NCBI GenBank assembly: GCA_024280495.1
Contig: JAJRPZ010000022.1
Span: forward strand, 1-44,888
Length of the DNA: 44,888 nucleotides
DNA from: Alphaproteobacteria bacterium
GTDB lineage: Bacteria; Pseudomonadota; Alphaproteobacteria; Caedimonadales; UBA9215
Direction: 5' to 3'
Shown here: positions 19,372 to 28,796 of the stretch, piece after piece
Layout: every line of letters begins with the position of its first letter
Numbering within the stretch: position 1 is the first letter of the stretch
Translations under genes and position numbers: made by a program
Notes under the pieces: generated by a model
Databases searched by the model: none
Seen by the model: the letters and a program-made list of their open reading frames with translations, nothing else
What the model was told of the DNA's origin: nothing

Positions 19372-19565
19372 CTAAGTATATTTAAGCCTGACCAAAAAAA
19401 GTGGAGGGGTGCCAAAAAACTTGAATGAGGAGGCTCAGTCTTTTTGGATACCCCATCCAAATGAGGCCTTTTCATATACGAAGGGCACCATAATATTTTA
19501 CATTTTTGACCTTAAATATGTTATTTTCTTCTAGTTTTACTCTGTTTTATTGAAAAGACTCTATT

Positions 19566-21173
19566 ATGTTATCATTAAAAAATCTTTCTATGGCCTTTGG
19601 GACACGTTTGCTATTCGACGATGTGACTTTGAATTTAAATAAAGGTAATCGTTATGGATTAGTGGGGGCCAATGGCGCAGGGAAATCCACACTATTGAAA
19701 CTTGTCGCTGGTGAAGATCAACCGACTCTGGGAGAAATAACCTTACATCGCGGTGCAACTCTTGGGTGGCTACGTCAGGATCTCGAAAACTATGAAGGCG
19801 ATCGCATACTTGATGCAGTGATACGCGGAAAACCTCCATTGTGGGAAGCCCTTGTTGAAAAAGAAATACTTATCAAAAATGATGTCTGGAATGATGAAAC
19901 GGGGTGTCGTTTAGGGGAACTAGAAGAAACCATTATGATAAATGATGGATATACAGCAGAGACATTTGCTGCTGACTTACTTGAAGGACTTGGCATTCCA
20001 GAAAAAGTTCATGAACAACCTCTCAGCACCCTTAGCGGAGGATATAAGCTTCGAGTTCTTTTAGCACAATCATTATTTAATAATCCTGATGTTCTTTTGC
20101 TTGACGAACCAACCAATCACTTGGATATCAGGTCCATTGCATGGCTTGAATCCTATTTAGTGGACACTTTCCAAGGGGTATTGGTCTTTATTTCCCATGA
20201 CCAAGATTTTTTGAATAATTTATCGACCCATATCCTCGATATTGATTATGGTGAGGTCATTCCTTATACTGGAAATTATACAAAATTTCTCCAGCAAAAA
20301 ACGGCAAAAGCCGATCAAATGGAACATGAAAAATTAACAGCAGAACGAAAAATTGCAAAAATGCAAAGCTTTGTAGATCGTTTCAAGGCAAAGGCTTCTA
20401 AGGCTAAGCAAGCACAATCCCGCATGCGCATGATTGAAAAAGTAGAAGTTGCCGAAATCAAAGAGTCATCCAGACTTACGCCTGGATTTAGGTTTGAGCA
20501 AGAGCGCCCCAGCGGAAAAACAGTTTTGACAGTGCGCGATATCCATATGTCATATAGTGACAAACAAGTTCTCAGCAAAGTAACATTCGCCGTGCAACGT
20601 GGTGAGAAAATCGCTCTTATTGGACCAAATGGTGTTGGTAAATCAACACTCCTTAAGATTTTAATGGATAAAATTACCCCTGATCAAGGCACTTTTGAGT
20701 GGGGGCACGCCGCCGCACCGTCTTATTTCGCACAAGACCATCATGAAACCCTAACGGAAAGCACGTCTGTTTTAAATTGGTTAACGGGCGCAGTTCCCAG
20801 TGTGACATCCAGCCAAGTACGGTCAGCATTGGGACAGGTTCTTTTCTCCAAGGATGATGTTGATAAAAATATTTTGACTTTGAGTGGGGGGGAAGCAGCA
20901 CGTTTACTACTGGCCCGCGTGATGCTTGAAAAAAGAAATCTCCTCATCCTTGATGAACCCACCAACCATATGGACCTCGAAGCCGTCGAAGCGTTAATCA
21001 AGGCCCTTAAAGCCTATGAAGGTACTCTGATTTTAGTGAGTCACAACCGTCATATTGTAAATAAAGTCACTTCTAGGGTTATTGCACTCACAACAAAAGG
21101 CCTCAATGATCACTTGGGATCCTATGAGGACTATCTAAAAGAAGAAGGTATTGATTATCTAAAAAGGGATTAA
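19566..21173 (+). CDS. ABC-F family ATPase (two ABC domains, no membrane domain; translation-factor type)
   Basis: Two Walker A motifs (GANGAGKST, GPNGVGKST), two signatures (LSGGYKLRVLLA, LSGGEAARLLLA), and an inter-domain Lys/Ala/Gln-rich linker (KASKAKQAQSRMRMIEK). Confidence 0.9.
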   Translation: MLSLKNLSMAFGTRLLFDDVTLNLNKGNRYGLVGANGAGKSTLLKLVAGEDQPTLGEITLHRGATLGWLRQDLENYEGDRILDAVIRGKPPLWEALVEKEILIKNDVWNDETGCRLGELEETIMINDGYTAETFAADLLEGLGIPEKVHEQPLSTLSGGYKLRVLLAQSLFNNPDVLLLDEPTNHLDIRSIAWLESYLVDTFQGVLVFISHDQDFLNNLSTHILDIDYGEVIPYTGNYTKFLQQKTAKADQMEHEKLTAERKIAKMQSFVDRFKAKASKAKQAQSRMRMIEKVEVAEIKESSRLTPGFRFEQERPSGKTVLTVRDIHMSYSDKQVLSKVTFAVQRGEKIALIGPNGVGKSTLLKILMDKITPDQGTFEWGHAAAPSYFAQDHHETLTESTSVLNWLTGAVPSVTSSQVRSALGQVLFSKDDVDKNILTLSGGEAARLLLARVMLEKRNLLILDEPTNHMDLEAVEALIKALKAYEGTLILVSHNRHIVNKVTSRVIALTTKGLNDHLGSYEDYLKEEGIDYLKRD

Positions 21174-21175
21174 AA

Positions 21176-21212
21176 GCCCCTCCCCAGCCTTGTCTATCCC
21201 TTGGCTAGGGGC
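21176..21212. terminator. GC-rich hairpin between the convergent ABC-F and rnr genes (candidate bidirectional terminator)
   Basis: gcccct(21176-81)/aggggc(21207-12) plus agcc(21186-89)/ggct(21203-06), with a cccc bulge and a 13-nt loop. It starts 3 nt after the ABC-F stop and lies 14 nt past the rnr stop. On the minus strand it is followed by tttt; the U-tract on the plus strand is poor. Confidence 0.45.
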
Positions 21213-21225
21213 GACTCTTGTATAT

Positions 21226-23499
21226 TTAAATCTTGGGTCTCTGAAATACACGTGTTTTAACACCAAATTCAGAGGCTTTTTTCTTAATATTAGGCGCCTT
21301 ATTTTCCTCACCTTTGAATTGTCCTTGAGCCCGCTCGAAACGGCGTTCTGCTTTCTTGGGTGGATTGTCAGCATTTCTTTTAAAAACAGGTCGTTTATAA
21401 GGATGCTTGCTGCCGTCACGATCTCCTTTTCCAAGGTCCGATGAAAATACGACACTACCAGAGATAGGATTGGAAAATTCAAGGGTGACATCAATTTCAT
21501 CCCCTAAATTCAAGCGCACATGAGAGCGTCTACCATAAAAACTCTGAGTTTTAGAATCATAGGTAAAATAGTCACCATTCAAATTACGCAAGGGTAAAAT
21601 ACCATCGGATTTGGTTTCAGACAACGTTAGGAAAATAGCAAATTCCGTCATGCCACTGACCACTGCTTTAAATGTTTCACCAAATCTATCTTCCAAATGC
21701 ATGGCAACATATCGATCAATGGTCTCTCGTTCAGCCTTTGTGGATCTACGTTCACATTCAGAGATTTGCTTGCCAATATCACTGAGAGTTTCATGGGTAT
21801 AGGGATATTCTTCAGGTTTTTTATCAATGATAGAACAGATAGCACGATGCACAAGTAAATCAGCATAGCGTCTAATGGGCGACGTAAAATGGGCATAGTG
21901 TGTGAGGTTTAAGCCAAAATGCCCTAGATTTTCTGGTTGATATTCGGCACGGCTTTGGCAACGCAGTACCATTTGATTAATCACGGGATACAAAGGATGC
22001 GCCACGACATTTCTTAAAATTTGAGTGAAATTGAGGGGGGTAATAATATTTCCCTTGGGGAGAGACGCGGGCAAATTTTGTATTTTAAGGTATTGCCCCA
22101 ACTCATCAGTTCGCTCTTCTGCAGGAGATTCGTGAACTCGAAATAAGCAAGGTTTTTTTTTATCAGTGATGAATTTTGCAGCAGATACATTGGCCAGGAC
22201 CATGAATTCTTCGATTAACTGATGGGTTTCTAAGCGGGGGCGTGGTTCTATTTTATCAATACCACCTTTATCCGTTAGAAAAATACGTTGCTCTGGCAAT
22301 TCGATTTCGAGGGTACCTCGTTTTTCACGGGCTTTTTTCAAAACCCCATAAGCGCCAAATAGGGCATCAATATAATTAGTATCAAATCCTTCTGGAAATC
22401 CATGCCCCTCTTTTTTATCATGGTAATTTTGAACGCCGATATAAGTTAATTTACCGTGGGAACGCATTAATCCTCTAAAGAAATCTTGGGATAGCAATTT
22501 ACCTGATTTAGAAATACGCATCCAAACGGCCAAACAAGGACGATCTTCATGGGGACGTAACGAACAAAGATCATTGGAGAGACGTTCTGGTAACATGGGC
22601 ACAACCCGATCTGGAAAATAAGTCGAATTTCCACGGGTAATGGCTTCTTTATCAAGGGCTGACCCTGGCGTGACAAAATAGGATACATCGGCAATGGCCA
22701 CAAGCAAACGCCATCCTCCTTTGTTCCTTTCATCTGTATCGGGTTCCGCATAAACCGCATCATCATGATCACGTGCATCCATATCATCAATGGTCACGAG
22801 AGGAATATCACGTAAATCAGTACGCCTCTCAAGTTCCGTTGGAAGAATTGCCTTTTCGCTTTGATCAATAACTGACTCTGGAAAACTGTCAGGAATTTCA
22901 TAACGTTTAATGGCAAGCATCGATAATTGACGAACGAGCCCTTCTCTTGTTGACAGGACTTCCTTTAAAATCACGAGACCTTTTGCATCTTTTAATCTTT
23001 TTCCATCAGAGGATTTCGCACGACCTTTGGAGATATAGGCTTTTACATAATCTCCAAGTTCAGCCTTTAAATTCTTGATGGATTTTTCATCAACAACATA
23101 AAGGGTGCGGTCTTTACGATCCAAAGGTGCCAGCAATGTACGCCGCTTTTCCCTTTGAAGAATACCCAAAATCACTGAGTTATCGGCGGGCTTCTCAAGG
23201 GTAACCCCAGGGGTGTCTATTTTAGAAACAATCTTTTTTTCTATGGAATTTTTTTCAGCAGGCGCGTCACCGGAAACCCAATAAGACTTTCCTTTTTTCA
23301 GTAGAGTTTCTTGATGCACCATCTCTGAGAGCAATTGTTTTAGGCGACGGCGTGCTGTTTCTCCCTTGATATGAAAGAATTTTGCAATATCGCGACGCAA
23401 AGTTTCTGGGCGCCCTGTTTTTTCGCTATTGGTTCGTAAAAAATCAACGAGAGCCTCGGGAGAAGGAATGTTGTGAGGCGCGTGGTCTGAATGTGTCAA
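21226..23499 (-). CDS. rnr: Ribonuclease R
   Basis: 757 aa. RNB catalytic domain (IDDMDARDHDDAVY, STYFPDRVVPMLPE, HFGLNLTHYAHFTSPIRRYADLLVHR), a C-terminal S1 domain and a basic Lys/Arg tail. Confidence 0.93.
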   Translation of the reverse strand: MTHSDHAPHNIPSPEALVDFLRTNSEKTGRPETLRRDIAKFFHIKGETARRRLKQLLSEMVHQETLLKKGKSYWVSGDAPAEKNSIEKKIVSKIDTPGVTLEKPADNSVILGILQREKRRTLLAPLDRKDRTLYVVDEKSIKNLKAELGDYVKAYISKGRAKSSDGKRLKDAKGLVILKEVLSTREGLVRQLSMLAIKRYEIPDSFPESVIDQSEKAILPTELERRTDLRDIPLVTIDDMDARDHDDAVYAEPDTDERNKGGWRLLVAIADVSYFVTPGSALDKEAITRGNSTYFPDRVVPMLPERLSNDLCSLRPHEDRPCLAVWMRISKSGKLLSQDFFRGLMRSHGKLTYIGVQNYHDKKEGHGFPEGFDTNYIDALFGAYGVLKKAREKRGTLEIELPEQRIFLTDKGGIDKIEPRPRLETHQLIEEFMVLANVSAAKFITDKKKPCLFRVHESPAEERTDELGQYLKIQNLPASLPKGNIITPLNFTQILRNVVAHPLYPVINQMVLRCQSRAEYQPENLGHFGLNLTHYAHFTSPIRRYADLLVHRAICSIIDKKPEEYPYTHETLSDIGKQISECERRSTKAERETIDRYVAMHLEDRFGETFKAVVSGMTEFAIFLTLSETKSDGILPLRNLNGDYFTYDSKTQSFYGRRSHVRLNLGDEIDVTLEFSNPISGSVVFSSDLGKGDRDGSKHPYKRPVFKRNADNPPKKAERRFERAQGQFKGEENKAPNIKKKASEFGVKTRVFQRPKI

Positions 23500-23643
23500 A
23501 TGAAATAATCCTATAAATTCACCTCACAATACGCACCTAGGCTCAAAAACTCAAGTTTTATAAAGAACCAGCATTTACAAAAAGCTTATTTTTGATCAGA
23601 ATAGAGGACGCATTAACCAACATAACACTAGGAGAGACTCACT

Positions 23644-25158
23644 ATGACAATGAAAAACCTCAAGGTTCAATTTCTTAAAGAAGCAACAAACACTGATGTT
23701 GCTATTGTTGTGGGCGTTTTTTCTGGCAAAGAACTTAGTTCTGCGGCGCAATTTTTGAATGATACGACCCATGGTCTTTTAAAAACCGCCATGGACACCA
23801 ATCACTTCAAGGGAAAAATTGGAGACGTTTTAAGTATCGTTGCGCCAAATGATCTTAAGGTTCGTCGTATTATTTTAGCTGGATTTGGCAAAAAAGAAGG
23901 ATTTTCTCAAAAAACCCTTCAAGACATTGGTGGTCATATTTATGGTGCCCTTGCTGCAACCCCTGATAAAGAAGCCGTTTTCCACCTCAGCGATCTTTCC
24001 GAAGGATCTTTGAGTAAAGGTGATGTCGCTGCTATGCTCGCATCAGGAACATTGCTTCGTTCGTGGCATTTTAATAAATATATGACCAAGCAAAAAGAAG
24101 AAGACCTCCCTCAGCTAGAAACACTCACTGTCATTACCGAAGATCCAGAGAGTGCCGAAAAAGCTTTCATTCCCCTAAAAGCCCAAGCTGATGGTGTGTT
24201 TTTATGCCGTGAAGTGGCAACGGAACCTTGTAATATTATCTATCCTGAATCCTATGCAGATAAAATTAAGGATGAGCTAAAGCCTTTGAATGTTGATATT
24301 GATGTTCTCAATGAAAAAGACATGAAAAAATTAGGCATGGGGTGTCTTTTGGGTGTAGGGCAAGGAAGCCGTAAAGAATCACGTCTTGTTGTCATGAAAT
24401 GGAATGGGGGGCCTTCTGACCAGCAACCCGTTGCCTTTGTTGGTAAGGGAGTGACATTTGATACGGGTGGTATCAGCCTTAAGCCAGGCCTGAATATGCA
24501 TGAAATGAAATACGATATGGCAGGGTCTGCAGCGGTTGTTGGTCTCATGAAAACTCTGGCTGCCCGTAAGGCAAAAGTAAATGTTGTTGCCGTCGTTGGT
24601 CTCGTTGAAAATATGCCAGATGGCGATGCCATACGCCCAGGGGATGTTTTAACGTCCATGTCTGGTCAAACCGTTGAGGTTCTTAATACCGATGCCGAAG
24701 GACGTTTGGTTTTGTGTGATGCCCTTTGGTACACACAAGAAAAATTCAACCCTCAGTTTATGATTAACCTCGCAACTCTAACGGGCGCCATTACCATTGC
24801 CCTTGGGGATTTACATGGAGGGCTTTTTTCAAATAACGATGAGCTTTGCGATCGCTTGAAAGATTCTGCCCATAAATCAGGGGATGCTTTGTGGCGTTTG
24901 CCCATGACCGAAGATTATAATAAATTGTTGAAATCCCCTGTGGCTGATATGCAAAACATCAGCAATGGTCGCATGGCAGGTAGCATCACTGCAGCTCAAT
25001 TCCTAGAACGCTTTGTTAACGATGTGCCGTGGGCGCACCTTGATATCGCAGGGACTGCCTGGATTGATAATCGTCAACTGCCAACATCTGCCAAGGGTGC
25101 CACTGGTTACGGTGTGCGTCTTTTGGACCAGCTCATCAAAGATCATTACGAGGCCTAG
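23644..25158 (+). CDS. pepA: Leucyl aminopeptidase (M17)
   Basis: VGKGVTFDTGGISLKP, MKYDMAGSAAV and the NTDAEGRLVLCDAL signature. Confidence 0.95.
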   Translation: MTMKNLKVQFLKEATNTDVAIVVGVFSGKELSSAAQFLNDTTHGLLKTAMDTNHFKGKIGDVLSIVAPNDLKVRRIILAGFGKKEGFSQKTLQDIGGHIYGALAATPDKEAVFHLSDLSEGSLSKGDVAAMLASGTLLRSWHFNKYMTKQKEEDLPQLETLTVITEDPESAEKAFIPLKAQADGVFLCREVATEPCNIIYPESYADKIKDELKPLNVDIDVLNEKDMKKLGMGCLLGVGQGSRKESRLVVMKWNGGPSDQQPVAFVGKGVTFDTGGISLKPGLNMHEMKYDMAGSAAVVGLMKTLAARKAKVNVVAVVGLVENMPDGDAIRPGDVLTSMSGQTVEVLNTDAEGRLVLCDALWYTQEKFNPQFMINLATLTGAITIALGDLHGGLFSNNDELCDRLKDSAHKSGDALWRLPMTEDYNKLLKSPVADMQNISNGRMAGSITAAQFLERFVNDVPWAHLDIAGTAWIDNRQLPTSAKGATGYGVRLLDQLIKDHYEA

Positions 25159-25215
25159 AAAACGTTCTTTGAAAAGCGTAATATAATAGTGGTAAACAAA
25201 AAAATAGGAAAAAAA

Positions 25216-25584
25216 ATGACTGAAACAATCTATGATAAACTAGGTGGGGCCCCTGCAATGGATGCAGCCGTTGATATTTTTTATCGAAAAGTTTTAAGTG
25301 ATGATCGCATCTCAGAATTTTTTGACGGCATAGATATGGACAAACAGCGCTCCAAGCAGAAAGCATTTTTAACAATGGCCTTTGGCGGTCCTAACAAGTA
25401 TACAGGACAAGATATGCGCGAGGGACACAAACACCTTGTTGCAAAAGGTCTGAACGACATGCATTTTGATGCCGTTGTTGAAAATCTAGCCACAACACTG
25501 TCGGAACTCGGTATCAGTGATGCCCTAATCTCAGAAGTGGCAGCAGTTGCTGAAACAACACGTAAAGACATTTTGAATCGTTAA
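25216..25584 (+). CDS. glbN: Group I (N-type) truncated haemoglobin
   Basis: MTETIYDKLGG, Phe-Tyr (B9-B10) in DIFYRKVL, FGGPNKYTG, and proximal His in REGHKHL. Aligns along its length with my recollection of M. tuberculosis trHbN. ATG at 25216 with AGGA 6 nt upstream; the track start at 25189 is a GTG. Confidence 0.88.
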   Translation: MTETIYDKLGGAPAMDAAVDIFYRKVLSDDRISEFFDGIDMDKQRSKQKAFLTMAFGGPNKYTGQDMREGHKHLVAKGLNDMHFDAVVENLATTLSELGISDALISEVAAVAETTRKDILNR

Positions 25585-25587
25585 TTT

Positions 25588-26622
25588 ATGACCAAAATAA
25601 CTTATAAAAATCAAAAACTCTCCTTGAAAGAGGATCAAACTGTTTTGAACGCCCTCCTTGAAGGAGGGTATTCTATTTCCCATGCTTGCGAACAAGGAGT
25701 GTGCCAGAGTTGTATCCTCAAAGCATCTCCTTCCAATGATTTGCCGAAAACGTCACAAATAGGATTAAAATCAACTCAACAAGAGCAAGGTTATTTTCTC
25801 AGCTGCCTTTGTAAACCAACCACCGATCTTGAAATAACAGACGCCGAGGATTTGGGAGTGAAATTTCAAGGAGAAATAATATCAACCCTAAAATTAACCC
25901 CTTCTGTTTATGCTCTACGATTAAAAATTGAGGGAGATTTTCCTTATAAAGCTGGTCAATATATAAATCTCATTAGACCCTCCGACCAAACCATCCGAAG
26001 CTATTCCCTTGCCAGCATTTATGATAAAAATTCTTACCAACAAAAATACACTGAAATTGAACTTCATATTAAAGCTTTCCCTGGAGGGGAAATGTCAAGT
26101 TGGTTATGCAGTGATATAAAAGCTCCAACACAAATTACTGGCCCCATGGGAGACTGCTTTTATAGTTCTTCTTTTAAAGGTAATGATCTTTTGCTCTTGG
26201 GTTGGGGAACGGGACTTGCCCCCCTTTACGGTATATTACAAGAAGCTCTTTCATCGGGACATAAGGGTAATATCCACCTTTACCATTGGGGAAATGAACC
26301 TGAAGACCTTTATTTTCAAAAAGAAATCAATATCATTACGGATCAAAATTCCCATGTTTTTTATAAAGCAGGCCTTCAGTGTGAAAATAAAATAAAAAAT
26401 CTAAAAAATTTAATGTTTGGTGATGCATGCGCCCTTATTCAAAAGGAAATTCCTTCCTTAAAGGATTGGAAAATTTTCTTGTGCGGTAGCGAAGCAAAAG
26501 TGAATAAAGCACGTCGTATTTTTTACCTTTCGGGGGCTGACCTTTCTGATATTTATGCAGATGCTTTTTTTACATGGCAAATTCCAGAATCAACCCCAAA
26601 AGAAGAAAAAATAACTGGCTAA
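25588..26622 (+). CDS. Ferredoxin-NAD(P)H reductase-type oxidoreductase: N-terminal plant-type 2Fe-2S ferredoxin domain plus FAD/NAD(P)-binding domain
   Basis: Cys pattern C-x4-C-x2-C...C (ACEQGVCQSC ... LSCLC), flavin motif IRSYSLAS (RxYS), nucleotide motif LLGWGTGLAP, and a C-terminal FLCGS motif. Its ATG lies 3 nt after the glbN stop. Confidence 0.85.
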   Translation: MTKITYKNQKLSLKEDQTVLNALLEGGYSISHACEQGVCQSCILKASPSNDLPKTSQIGLKSTQQEQGYFLSCLCKPTTDLEITDAEDLGVKFQGEIISTLKLTPSVYALRLKIEGDFPYKAGQYINLIRPSDQTIRSYSLASIYDKNSYQQKYTEIELHIKAFPGGEMSSWLCSDIKAPTQITGPMGDCFYSSSFKGNDLLLLGWGTGLAPLYGILQEALSSGHKGNIHLYHWGNEPEDLYFQKEINIITDQNSHVFYKAGLQCENKIKNLKNLMFGDACALIQKEIPSLKDWKIFLCGSEAKVNKARRIFYLSGADLSDIYADAFFTWQIPESTPKEEKITG

Positions 26623-26651
26623 TTTTATGGGTCAAGAAATAGAAAGAGCAC

Positions 26652-27140
26652 ATGTCAGATACACCTAGTCCTACCCTCGAAATTAGTTTTTACCAAATAA
26701 CTCAAGGCTCCCTTGAAAAAAGTGTGGCTAAATTATTGGAAAAAGTTTACGAAGCAGGTATGAAAAGCGTTTTAAAAGTGGGCTCTACTGAAAGTCTTGA
26801 CTCTTATAACAAGCTCCTTTGGACCTTTAGCTCATTTGCGTTCTTACCTCACAGTGCAAAGGGAGACAAATTTAAAGCAAATCGCCAACCCCTTTATTTA
26901 TCAACGGATATTGAAAATCCAAACAAAGCAACAGTTCTAGCCACCGTTGATGGCACTCAATTGGAGTCAGATTCTGAGGGTATGTCAAATTTCAAAAGAT
27001 GCCTTGACATTTTTAATGGTCACGATGATGATGCCGTTACAAAGGCGCGCTCCCGCTGGAAATATTACAAAACCAAGGGATACGTCTTAACCTATTGGAA
27101 ACAAGATGAAAAAGGACGATGGGCAAAGCAAAATATCTAG
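26652..27140 (+). CDS. holC: DNA polymerase III subunit chi
   Basis: 162 aa. N-terminal pattern FYQIT...[21 protein letters not shown]...LWTF...FLPH matches HolC. Located in the pepA neighbourhood. Confidence 0.78.
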   Translation: MSDTPSPTLEISFYQITQGSLEKSVAKLLEKVYEAGMKSVLKVGSTESLDSYNKLLWTFSSFAFLPHSAKGDKFKANRQPLYLSTDIENPNKATVLATVDGTQLESDSEGMSNFKRCLDIFNGHDDDAVTKARSRWKYYKTKGYVLTYWKQDEKGRWAKQNI

Positions 27141-27187
27141 CTGACGCGTTACATCATCTTTTTCATCATTATATAAAGGATACCACC

Positions 27188-27610
27188 ATGACAATGGAAA
27201 AAACTTTTTCTATTTTAAAACCAGATGCAACACGTCGCAATTTAACGGGTGCAATCAACGCTCTGATCGAGAAATCTGGCCTTAAAATTATCGCACAAAA
27301 ACGCATACATATGTCAAAAGCTCAGGCAGAAACATTTTATGGAGTGCACAGTGAACGTGCTTTTTTTAACGATCTTGTTGAATTTATGATATCAGGACCT
27401 GTTGTTGTCCAAGTTCTCGAGGGCGAAAATGCCGTTGTTGCTTACCGTGACATTATGGGTGCAACAAATCCAGAAAATGCTGAAGTTGGCACAATTCGTA
27501 AAGAATTTGCAGAATCCATCGAAGCAAATTCTGTTCATGGCTCTGATTCCCTTGAAAATGCAACCATTGAAATGGCATACTTTTTCAGCGGAACTGAACT
27601 GGTAGGCTAA
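27188..27610 (+). CDS. ndk: Nucleoside diphosphate kinase
   Basis: [11 protein letters not shown], the active-site region NSVHGSDS, and YFF near the C-terminus. ATG at 27188 with AAGGA upstream gives the canonical 140 aa. The track start at 27119 overlaps holC and adds a non-homologous extension. Confidence 0.95.
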   Translation: MTMEKTFSILKPDATRRNLTGAINALIEKSGLKIIAQKRIHMSKAQAETFYGVHSERAFFNDLVEFMISGPVVVQVLEGENAVVAYRDIMGATNPENAEVGTIRKEFAESIEANSVHGSDSLENATIEMAYFFSGTELVG

Positions 27611-27641
27611 TATAATCAATTCAAAAAATAGGAAGGTTATT

Positions 27642-28796
27642 ATGAGACTTCACTTAAGAACAATCATGACTTGTTTTTTTATCTCTGTATCCTTCTTGTT
27701 TTCTTTGTTAAATGAATTAAATGCCACCATTCAAGTTGATAATATCAAGGTTGATATTGAATCCACAAGTGGTCTCATGGCACGTAACCTCGCCATTGCA
27801 GAGGCCAGGCGCAAAGCTTTTCGACAAATCATAGAAACAACCCCGTCCCTTAATTATAATATAGATAAACGAGGAATGCCATCGGATGCAGCCCTTGAAA
27901 ATGCCATGGATACATTCGAAGTTGAGAAAGAAAAAATTCTTTCTAAACGGTATATTGGCACCCTTTCCATTACATTTTCAGATGTTGGCATGGACCACAT
28001 TTTTTCTGATAATGTTGGCCCCATAGCCCCCGCAAAAAAAATCTCGAATAAATCTGTAAAAATGAAGGTGGATTCTCCCTTTATCCGTGACGTTCTTTTT
28101 GTACCAGCATTCATCACGCCTGATGAATCTCTGTTATGGACCTCCAATATTTGGCGTACTTTTTGGCAACAAAATCAAAATAATGATGTTTTTAAAGTCC
28201 TCGTCCCCCTTGGCGATATTAAAGATATCATGTCGACCTCCATCGAAGATTTCATGACAGGGGATGCCCTAAAAGTGATGGCTTTGTTGAAACGTTACCA
28301 AAAAGATCAGTTGATTTTTGCTTCCCTCCGCCGTCTTTCATATGAGCATAATGAAATGGAATTGCGCGTTAAAATATTCAAGGAAAGTCGCCAAATTTTC
28401 TCAAGCCAACCTATTTTTATCAATGGCACAACAACAGAAGAAGCCTTCAAAGCAGCCTCCCTTGAAATTGGCCGTCTTGTTCAAGACATGGATTTTTCAA
28501 AAGCAAATATGCAAAACATGGCCCTTCAAACCATAGAATTAACGGCAACTTTTAAAGGTTTTGTTCAATGGCAAAAAATTCGTAATACATTGAAAATACC
28601 TGAAATTCATAAATTTAGAATTTCCAGACTTTCACGTAAATCTGCACAAATTAATATTAGAACAGCCTTATCAACAAAAGATCTTGCCAATGCCTTTGCT
28701 CGAAATGGCCTTAATTTTCAAGAAGGGTTTCCTGGAAAATTCAGCCTCTCTATTAATACAACAGAACTATATACCCCAAAGGGTTTTTCACAATGA
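27642..28796 (+). CDS. Hypothetical exported protein (384 aa, N-terminal signal sequence)
   Basis: Long ORF with a hydrophobic N-terminus (MTCFFISVSFLFSLLNELNA). No recognisable motifs. Its stop overlaps the start of the next gene (ATGA at 28793-28796). Confidence 0.6.
   Translation: MRLHLRTIMTCFFISVSFLFSLLNELNATIQVDNIKVDIESTSGLMARNLAIAEARRKAFRQIIETTPSLNYNIDKRGMPSDAALENAMDTFEVEKEKILSKRYIGTLSITFSDVGMDHIFSDNVGPIAPAKKISNKSVKMKVDSPFIRDVLFVPAFITPDESLLWTSNIWRTFWQQNQNNDVFKVLVPLGDIKDIMSTSIEDFMTGDALKVMALLKRYQKDQLIFASLRRLSYEHNEMELRVKIFKESRQIFSSQPIFINGTTTEEAFKAASLEIGRLVQDMDFSKANMQNMALQTIELTATFKGFVQWQKIRNTLKIPEIHKFRISRLSRKSAQINIRTALSTKDLANAFARNGLNFQEGFPGKFSLSINTTELYTPKGFSQ

Noticed and set aside
19425-19493. 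22-codon mini-ORF (MRRLSLFGYPIQMRPFHIRRAP) upstream of the ABC-F gene, considered as a possible attenuation leader peptide.
   Set aside because: There is no Shine-Dalgarno, and I could find no terminator/antiterminator alternative structure. It more likely lies in degraded IS-flanking DNA.
27119-27187. N-terminal extension of ndk that overlaps holC. The similar case for hsp20 is at 37546..37608, and for glbN at 25189..25215.
   Set aside because: The extensions have no homology to the respective families. Internal ATGs with good Shine-Dalgarno sequences give canonical protein lengths.
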